A stretch of DNA of 64,000 nucleotides from Macrostomum hystrix. Lineage: Eukaryota; Animalia; Platyhelminthes. A program made the position numbers and the translations under genes. Numbering within the stretch: the stretch's first letter is position 1; each line of letters starts with the position of its first letter. Under the pieces are notes generated by a model, which was not told the DNA's origin, did no database searches, and worked only from the letters and a program-made list of their open reading frames with translations. This document shows positions 11,855-21,100 of this stretch, piece by piece. Where the stretch lies: positions 7,130,001-7,194,000 of the forward strand of contig CATNEN010000034.1 of NCBI GenBank assembly GCA_950097015.1, in the 5' to 3' direction.

Positions 11855-13301
11855 CACTCAGCCACATTGAAAAGTTTCCACCCTAGCGCGCGAAGGGGCA
11901 ACGTTTTGGTCTGTGGAGATATTCGTGGTTTGAGCCATAGACAAATATATAATCCGGAATCGACCGAAGCAAAGGAACAGCAAAGAAACAAAGTACGCGA
12001 GCATGGGTGACAACTCGCCCAGAACAGGGTCAGTAACGCGTATAGCAGCCACGTGAGTGCAGCAGAGCGCTCACTCTCCGGGGCATCCCCAGAACCAGGC
12101 GTCGCAGAAAATCTTGCGGTAGTTGTTGCCATGCAGTAGACAGTGATTCGCGCAGTTGGGCAACATTTTGCGGCGGATTGTCGCGCCGAATCGAGCGCTT
12201 CAGGTAATCCCAAACGTGCTCTATGGGATTCATGTCCGGTGATCGGGACGGCCAGCGCAAGGTTCGCAGGTGCAGCAGCTCCTTCAGATGCGCCACAGCG
12301 GCTGCGCGATGCGGTGGGGCGTTGTCGTCTTGGAGGACGCAGTTCCCCACGCCACCACATGAAGCATCAATGAAGGGCAGCAGTCGCGTCTGTAGAAGGT
12401 TGGCGTACGACTCGGCAGTCACAGTCGCATCCAGGAACACGAGCTCCGTCTTCGCGTGCATTGTGATGCCTGCCCACACGTGAATAGAAGCTGACTGGCT
12501 CTCAGAGTTTTGCACGTGCTGCGGCAGCATCTCCTGGCGCGGCTGGCGCCACACGCGAATGCGGCCGTCGGCACGGAACAATCGAAAGCGGCTCTCATCT
12601 GTGAAAATCACTCGCCGCCACTGCTGCTGCCTCCAGTGGACCCTTTGCATTGCCCATTGTTCCCGGCTGGCCACATGGGTTGGGGTCAGGCGTGACCGTT
12701 TGCGCATCTTACGGGATCGCAGCCCCGACTCCCGCAATCGTCGTCGGATGGTTTGGGCGCTCAGGACATTCCCTCGCCTGCTTCTTTCAGCCCACATCAG
12801 CCGTAGCAGGGTGGCTGGCAATGTGGGGCTTCCCTTTACCATTCGCAGCAATCGCCGGTCCGCCCTCCCAGTTGTACTGCGCATATTGAGCCGCAGGCCG
12901 CGCGTGGCGTGCGCCACGCTGCCCGTTTCTCTGCATTTGATCTGCAGTTTGCGGATTGCTGTGTGTGACCGCCCAATTTGGCGAGCAACAGCTCGGATGG
13001 ACATCCCAGCGTCCAGCATGCCAATGGCGCGCGCTCGTTCCAGGTCGGTCATTTGGCGAACCATTGCGTTCGGTTGCGAACGTGGATTTAAGACTCCTGT
13101 AAGATGCTGCTGTCTGCTCCATGTGACTGTTTCCTTCGACTTGTCTGGCGTCTATGACCCAAGTTTTTGAATTCTATGGCCCAAGTGCGTGTTGACGAAA
13201 TCATCAATCGTCTATGGCACAAGTCTGGCGACAAAAACCAGTTTTGAAACTCTAAATATACAACTTGCGCGAGGGTGGAAACTTTTCAATGTTGCTGAGT
13301 G
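11855..13301 (-). mobile_element. Full-length Tc1/mariner (DD34E) DNA transposon, 1447 bp, TA target-site duplication
   Basis: TIRs CACTCAGC(C/A)ACATTGAAAAGTTTCCACCCT(A/C)GCGC (35 bp, 2 mismatches) at 11855 and 13301; TA at 11853-11854 and 13302-13303; encloses an intact transposase ORF. Confidence 0.96.
12030..13064 (-). CDS. Tc1-family transposase, 344 aa, uninterrupted
   Basis: N-terminal paired-like HTH (ERARAIGML..GMSIRAVARQIG); catalytic VIFTDESRF, LQDDNAPPH, SPDMNPIEHVW; 34 residues between the second catalytic D and E. Confidence 0.96.
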   Translation of the reverse strand: MVRQMTDLERARAIGMLDAGMSIRAVARQIGRSHTAIRKLQIKCRETGSVAHATRGLRLNMRSTTGRADRRLLRMVKGSPTLPATLLRLMWAERSRRGNVLSAQTIRRRLRESGLRSRKMRKRSRLTPTHVASREQWAMQRVHWRQQQWRRVIFTDESRFRLFRADGRIRVWRQPRQEMLPQHVQNSESQSASIHVWAGITMHAKTELVFLDATVTAESYANLLQTRLLPFIDASCGGVGNCVLQDDNAPPHRAAAVAHLKELLHLRTLRWPSRSPDMNPIEHVWDYLKRSIRRDNPPQNVAQLRESLSTAWQQLPQDFLRRLVLGMPRRVSALLHSRGCYTRY

Positions 13302-13550
13302 TATGTAATCTTTGATCTCATCCACAATTTTTCTTACATCTATTTGAAAAAAATAACCAGACGATAAACAAAAAATCTGGTTAGAAAAATTCACCTAGAA
13401 AAATGCTAAAAAATCACTAAACCCTGAATTCGTAGTCTATGGCAAATAGTCGTACTTTTATTGATGCGGCTAGTTCGGTACTTCGAAAAGTGCAAGGTAC
13501 CACAAAAACTAGAGATTTACTAGTGATCTACATCATTGTCAAAAATCAGT

Positions 13551-14237
13551 CTTTAGGATAATGTAATCGTCTATGGTTAAACCATGAGCACATTCCATTT
13601 CTTCTTCACTTAAACTTCAGGATAATGATTTCGAACTCGGGATAATGGATGCCTATTTTTAGAACAAAACAGCAAACCCCAACAACAAAAGAGCGCAATT
13701 AAATAACAATAGTCAATATAGTGCCGAAGACCATTACAGATTGCAATTGTTGAAAGTGCAGTTGTTCATAATAAAGATACTCCGACCGTTCATCTGACGA
13801 CCATCAGACACGCTCACTGCTTCTTGCACGATGGAGCTCTTGGATGCTGATGTCAGCAGGCATTGTTACTTGACCGTGGATCGCGGCGCTTTGTCCCATG
13901 TTCAACGCACGCGACACTGCATCGCTGCATTGTTGCAGGGACTTGTCCCGTTTAACTGCCAGGTAGCACCGGACCGTGCTCTCGGACTTTTGACCCGTGA
14001 TAGCCATGATATCGCTCATCGAATGCCCAGCCGATTCCAGGTCACACACTCTTCCAAGTTTGCAACTTCGTTGTCTATGGCCCAAACTCCAGTAAACCAC
14101 GTCAGTCTTTTTGTCTCTCTCTCCTCGGTAACCCCTCTCTCCTTTCGATGCCCTTTTTGTCTATGGCCCCACTGAAATTCGACAATGCGGTTATTCGTGC
14201 GCTGCGCGCACTAAAGAGCCGGACTATTATCCTAAAG
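13551..14237 (-). mobile_element. Internally deleted Crypton-like (tyrosine recombinase) element bounded by 12-bp perfect inverted repeats
   Basis: CTTTAGGATAAT at 13551-13562 and ATTATCCTAAAG at 14226-14237; internal recombinase C-terminal fragment. Confidence 0.65.
13734..14050 (-). pseudogene. C-terminal fragment of a Crypton/DUF3504-type tyrosine recombinase with one frameshift
   Basis: VCDLESAGHSMSDIMAITGQKSESTVRCY..SLQQCSDAVS fits L..AG.....IM..TG(H).S..S...Y. Removing one base near 13830 gives ...GRSIFIMNNCTFNNCNL*, the NCTF-type tail seen in such proteins. Confidence 0.7.
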
Positions 14238-14969
14238 TCTAACTTTATAGTTCGTATAGTTCGATTCTGAAAAGGAAAAAAGAAAATAATTTAATTTTTA
14301 CTATTTTGTAGTGAGTAATGACAAATTATTTATTTACTGAGGTTTGTCACAGAGACAAGCGTTGAATGCTTTGCTTGGATTCAGAATTAGCGCAAGTTTT
14401 AAACACTGCAACTTCACATTTTTAAGTTCGATAAAGTGAGCATAAAGATTTGGAAACCGTACACAAGAGACTACGAAGATAGCCTGCGCTGCAGCTCCGC
14501 CCCACTCAGTGGGGTTGTGTTAGCATTTCAACACTAAACTTGGCTAATACGATTTGGCTCTAAAAACCTGCGCCACTACGCCAGTTAATTTCTAATTTAA
14601 TATATGCCAGATTTAACAGCTAAACGCGTCGTTGTACAGGAATGAGAAAGCATGGATAAAGTAATCTATCCATAAAGGAGTTACAGGACAGACACGATTT
14701 CGCTTGTTTACATGAGAAGGACGGATTAATTTTTGTTCCATATAGTGTCATCGCAACGGACGGTGGGATTAAAAAAGCTAAAAAAAGATTTTTTAAATGT
14801 ACGAGTACTAGGGCGGAAGCGGAACAAAAATCATTAGATGATTTTGTAGGCTATCGGCTTGATAAAAAGTGGACCAATTCCACGACCGATATGTATAGAA
14901 AAAGTCAAAAACCGATAACAAAATAATGAGTTGGATGTGGGCGACAGCCGTCAAGATGTGAAATGATGA

Positions 14970-15152
14970 TCACAGAACTGATCGATAGGTGCAGGCGATC
15001 ATTAGCCAGGTTGCACAGGCCGACTCAGCGTAGCAGACGACCCGGGCCCGGGCGCATAGGCGTACGCGATCGCCGTGGCAGAACACAACCTCCCGGCCGA
15101 CTGGCGAGCGAAGCGCCGCCGCCAGGGCTCTGCGCGGATCCCGGTGCAGCAC
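14970..15152 (-). CDS. CEP76: CEP76 exon 5 (terminal)
   Basis: CCCAG|GTG CTG CAC; ..[17 protein letters not shown]. Confidence 0.92.
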   Translation of the reverse strand: MLHRDPRRALAAALRSPVGREVVFCHGDRVRLCARARVVCYAESACATWLMIACTYRSVL

Positions 15153-18100
15153 CTGGGTTGGGATTTGGCGGAGAAAGTGATTTTGAATCCCAGACTGGTG
15201 CGATCAATCAATGCAGATCTCTTGGCCAGCCACAATCTAGAATCCTCAGAATCCTCTAGATACCTTGGCCAGCCACAATCTAGAATCCTTAGAATCCTCT
15301 AGATACATTGGCCAGCCACAATCTAGAATCCTCAGAATCCTCTAGATACCTTGGCCAGCCACAATCTAGAATCCTCAGAATCCTCTAGATACCTTGGCCA
15401 GCCAAATCTAGAATTCCCAGAATCCTCTAGATACCTTGGCCAGCCACAATCTAGAATCCTCAGAATCCTCTAGATACCTTGGCCAGCCACAATCTAGAAT
15501 CCTTAGAATCCTCTAGATACATTGGCCAGCCACAATCTAGAATCCTCAGAATCCTCTAGATACCTTGGCCAGCCACAATCTAGAATCCTCAGAATCCTCT
15601 AGATACATTGGCCAGCCACAATCTAGAATCCTCAGAATCCTCTAGATACCTTGGCCAGCCACAATCTAGAATCCTCAGAATCCTCTAGATACCTTGGCCA
15701 GCCACAATCTAGAATCCTCAGAATCCTCTAGATACCTTGGCCAGCCACAATCTAGAATCCTCAGAATCCTCTAGATACCTTGGCCAGCCACAATCTAGAA
15801 TCTTCAGAATCCTCTAGATACCTTGGCCAGCCACAATCTAGAATCCTCAGAATCCTCTAGATACCTTGGCCAGCCACAATCTAGAATCCTTAGAATCCTC
15901 TAGATACATTGGCCAGCCACAATCTAGAATCCTCAGAATCCTCTAGATACCTTGGCCAGCCACAATCTAGAATCCTCTAAATACCTTGGCCAGCCACAAT
16001 CTAGAATCCTCTAAATACCTTGGCCAGCCACAATCTAGAATCCCCAGAATCCTCTAGATACATTGGCCAGCCACAATCTAGAATCCTCTAGATACATTGG
16101 CCAGCCAAATCTAGAATCCCCAGAATCCTCTAGATACCTTGGCCAGCCACAATCTAGAATCCCCAGAATCCTCTAGATAACTTGGCCAGCCACAATCTAG
16201 AATCCCCAGAATCCTCTAGATACCTTGGCCAGCCACAATCTAGAATCCCCAGAATCCTCTAGATACTATTGGCCAGCCAAATCTAGAATCCCCAGAATCC
16301 TCTAGATACCTTGGCCAGCCACAATCTAGAATCCTCAGAATCCTCTAGATACCTTGGCCAGCCACAATCTAGAATCCTCTAAATACCTTGGCCAGCCACA
16401 ATCTAGAATCCCCAGAATCCTCTAGATACCTTGGCCAGCCACAATCTAGAATCCCCAGAATCCTCTAGATACTATTGGCCAGCCAAATCTAGAATCCCCA
16501 GAATCCTCTAGATACTATTGGCCAGCCAAATCTAGAATCCCCAGAATCCTCTAGATACATTGGCCAGCCACAATCTAGAATCCTCAGAATCCTCTAGATA
16601 CCTTGGCCAGCCACAATCTAGAATCCTCAGAATCCTCTAGATACATTGGCCAGCCACAATCTAGAATCCTCAGAATCCTCTAGATACCTTGGCCAGCCAC
16701 AATCTAGAATCCTCAGAATCCTCTAGATACCTTGGCCAGCCAAATCTAGAATCCCCAGAATCCTCTAGATACATTGGCCAGCCACAATCTAGAATCCTCA
16801 GAATCCTCTAGATACCTTGGCCAGCCACAATCTAGAATCCTCAGAATCCTCTAGATACCTTGGCCAGCCACAATCTAGAATCATTAAGAATACGCCAACC
16901 GGATTTATTCCTGACAAATCTCTCATTCCGCATCTGGACTATGTCCGCCGTGACCTTGCACACATCCACATCGACCCCAACGATGTGGATAGCCAGCCTC
17001 CCTCCCTCATCCTCAGGAGGGGTTTTAGCGCCGTCATCCCTGACCGTGGTAGCACTCAGCTGGACGTCGGCGTAAACCAGCGCAGCCAGGGTATCCACTG
17101 CTTTACCGATGGCTCGCTGAGCAACGGCCTAGCCGGAGCAGGCATTGCCATCTTCCATGAGGGTAAGGCGCTCCTTCAGGAGAGCCTTCACCTTGGTGAG
17201 AACACGTCGGTCTTCCAAGCCGAAATCTACGCCATTAACCAATGCGCCAAACACCTCCTCAATGCCAACGTCAGCAGATTCAACATCTGCATCTATTCTG
17301 ACAGTCAAGCCGCCCTCAAGGCTCTGTCTGCCGTCAAACTCTCCACTCGGACGGTCTCTGACTGCCACCGAGACCTGCAGTCACTCGCGGTCCTTAACAG
17401 GATCAGCCTAATCTGGATCCCAGGCCACAGCAACATCCTTGGCAACGAACTCGCGGACAAACTCGCCAAGGATGGCAGCAACCCGGACAACAACCACCGC
17501 CCGATCAGGGTACCGGTACCAAAATCACTCATCAACCGCACTGTTGACAGGTGGCTAAATCAGCAACACCAGCTCCACTGGAGTAGCTGCACCGACTATA
17601 GGCAGACCCGTATGGCCATGCCGATCATTAACCGAAAAGTCTCTGACTTTTTGATTTCACTTAATAGAACTGACCTCAGGGAGATGTGCATGGTCATCAC
17701 GGGCCATGGCTTCTTCCAGAGACACATTTCGCTACAAACTGGCTGCTCCCCCACCTGTCCCTTCTGTGGCATAGGTAAAGAAACCGCTGCGCATCACGTG
17801 ACATTCTGCCCCTACTTCGATAAGGCGCGCAACTGGCACCTCGGCCACCCGCAAGGGATGGACGAACTGACCACTCCGGACAACATCCGAGACCTTCGCG
17901 CCTTCGTCCGTGACACCGGCCGGATGAAGGTCGCCGACGCCTCCCCGGCGAACCTGCCGACTGCTGGCGTGGGGTGGGCGCACCCCCAAGGCTGAGGCCA
18001 CCTTCCTTTTACCTTGGGGTTGCGATAGGGGCCTCGCGGCCTATTCGCGGCGTCTCGCCCCCCGCCAGTAGTAAGTAAGTAAGTTGGCCAGCCACAATCT

Positions 18101-21100
18101 AGAATCCTCAGAATCCTCTAGATACATTGGCCAGCCACAATCTAGAATCCTCAGAATCCTCTAGATACCTTGGCCAGCCACAATCTAGAATCCCCAGAAT
18201 CCTCTAGATAACTTGGCCAGCCACAATCTAGAATCCTCAGAATCCTCTAGATACCTTGGCCAGCCACAATCTAGAATCCCCAGAATCCTCTAGATACTAT
18301 TGGCCAGCCAAATCTAGAATCCTTAGAATCCTCTAGATACATTGGCCAGCCACAATCTAGAATCCTCAGAATCCTCTAGATACCTTGGCCAGCCACAATC
18401 TAGAATCCTCAGAATCCTCTAGATACCTTGGCCAGCCACAATCTAGAATCCTCAGAATCCTCTAGATAACTTGGCCAGCCACAATCTAGAATCCTCAGAA
18501 TCCTCTAGATACCTTGGCCAGCCACAATCTAGAATCCTCAGAATCCTCTAGATACCTTGGCCAGCCACAATCTAGAATCCTCTAAATACCTTGGCCAGCC
18601 ACAATCTAGAATCCCAGAATCCTCTAGATACATTGGCCAGCCACAATCTAGAATCCCCAGAATCCTCTAGATACATTGGCCAGCCACAATCCAGAATCCC
18701 CAGAATCCTCTAGATACCTTGGCCAGCCACAATCTAGAATCCCCAGAATCCTCTAGATACCTTGGCCAGCCACCATCCCTCATAGAGTCGTCAGATCCCT
18801 AGGACAGCCACCACCACAGAATCCTCAGATTGCTAGGCCAGCTCACCTGCAGCGGATAGGCCCTGAAGGTGTGTCCGTCGGGCACTAGCCTATGCACAGC
18901 TGCTTGAAACTCTTCGTTGGCGAATGAGACACCGTGCAGCCGCTCCTGTTCGTAGCCGGCCAGTGCGCCGGTGAGGCAGAAGCTCAGCTCCTCGTCCCAC
19001 TGGGTGGCGCCGAGGCCGTCAGCTTGGCGACGTTCGGCTACGGCGGCGCGCAGACCGAGCTCGAACTGGTTGGATTCGCGAATCGCATCTAGAAGCGGCG
19101 CGCTAAGTGTGGCCAGGTGACCGGGCGGGGAAGCCGACGGGCCGTCAATGGCCGCCGCGATGGCCTCCTCGCTCATCGGCTTCCAACGCGCGGCATCGTC
19201 CAATTCGAAGCGACAATCCGAGGCGATTGCGTCGCTGGCCTGGTTGTTGGCGTAGAATGAGCGATGATTGAATAGGCAGCCAATGCGACTGTAGGGGTGC
19301 TGCGGCTGCTGCTGCTGCTGGCTTCTGAAATTCAAGTAAAAGTGTAAATATTAAAAATATTCAAAAAAAGCTTTAGTTCATATAATTAATCACAAAAATT
19401 CTGAAGTGACCAATCCATGGATCGGTTTGTTAGCCAGCCAATCAGCGTAAGACAGTAACATTTGATCTAGCCAATTAACAGACGACAGTCACCTATGAGC
19501 TAGCCAATCAACAGACTACATTCAACTAGCCAATCAACAGACGACATTCGACTAGCCAATCAACAGACGACATTCAACTAGCCAATCAAAACATGAGATT
19601 CACATAGCCAATCAAAACATGAGATTCACCTAGCCAATCAACAGACGACAGTAACCTAGCCAATCAACAGACGACAGTAACATAGCTAATTAGCAGACGA
19701 CAGTAACCTAGCCAATCAACAGACGACAGTAACAGCTAATTAGCAGACGACAGTAACCTATGAGCTAGCCAATTAGCTGACGACATCCAATCAGCAATCA
19801 GCTTGGCAACGCTCGGCTACAGCGGCGCGCAGACTGAGCTAGCCTGCGAATTGACCTAGCCAATCAGCAAAGAATTTCAATGAGCCAAAACCCAAGTGCA
19901 CTTACCCGTGCCCAGCTGGTCGATAATCTCCCGGCTGCCTATGCAAATATCGCTGCCCGTTGACCGGATCCCAGAAATGCACGCAGGGGCCAGACAGATT
20001 GTCCAATTGGCTTAGCGTGACCACCCAAGCAATCGGACTGCCAGTGACAGACGATGAATTGTTAGCTGGCACTTTGGCGCCGAAAGCTACATAGGCGTCT
20101 AGGCCGAAGCCGAGCAGTAGAGAGCACAGCAGAGCTGCATGATCGCCGGTGTCGCCGCGACATCTGGCCAGGAAGGCGTGCCGGGTGCACCACATGTCGG
20201 CTAGGCCGCAGCCAAGAGCGGCTGCTCTCTCGTACTGCAGGCAGGCGACAAATCTGGCAGCGTGACGCGGCGATTCAATCAGTCGGCCTGCGCGCAGCGG
20301 CATCACCAGTTCGCAAACCGGCCTATCCCGGCCGCATTCATCTTTGGCAAAGATTTTCACTAGCCGATCAGCGTTAGCGGCCCGGGTTGCGCAATACTCG
20401 CTCCACCATTGGCTGGCGTAGAGTACAAATAGGCGGGCTGAATTCTCTCGCCTCCCGCGCTCCATAGCCAGCTGCTGCTGAACCAGGTCAGAGCCGAATC
20501 GGTCAATCTGGAGGTGCAAGTTTGGCACCGGGGGTGTTTTCACAATAGTCCACCTTACTTAATAATTGTGTAATCAGTGAGTCAAACATTAGAACAGTGA
20601 ATTTACTTTGCTTGTTTAGACCTAGGTCATATTACCCTGTTTACCTTCAGGGTGTAGTCAGTACAACCTCTGCTCCTTCAGGATAATCCTAAGTATACCA
20701 TCTGCTCCTTCAGGATATCCTCAGTATACCATCTGCTCCTTCAGGATATCATGGTATACCCTCTGCTCCTTCAGGGTGTAGTCAGTACAACCTCTGCTCC
20801 TTCAGGATAATCCTAAGTATACCATCTGCTCCTTCAGGATATCCTCAGTATTCCCTCTGCTCCTTCAGGATATCATGGTATACCCTCTGCTCCTTCAGGG
20901 GTGTCCTCAGTATTCCCTCTGCTCCTTCAGGGGTGTCCTCAGTATTCCCTCTGCTCCTTCAGGGGTGTCCTCAGTATTCCCTCTGCTCCTTCAGGGGTGT
21001 CCTCAGTATTCCCTCTGCTCCTTCAGGGGTGTCCTCAGTATTCCCTCTGCTCCTTCAGGGGTGTCCTCAGTATACCCTCTGCTCCTTCAGGGGTGTCCTC

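Noticed and set aside
12143-13170. ORFs overlapping the Tc1 transposase (e.g. 203 aa on the plus strand)
   Set aside because: Antisense or alternate-frame shadows of a GC-rich CDS.
16817-16882. ORF-track start of the 392-aa RNase H ORF (MASHNLESS...)
   Set aside because: The start is a TTG inside the satellite; the first 22 codons are translated repeat, not part of the element.
15222-18772. CRISPR-like appearance of the 43-bp array beside a nuclease ORF (also the 37-, 43- and 44-bp arrays)
   Set aside because: Units are head-to-tail with no unique spacers, there are no cas genes, the context is a eukaryotic intron, and the nuclease is a retrotransposon RNase H.
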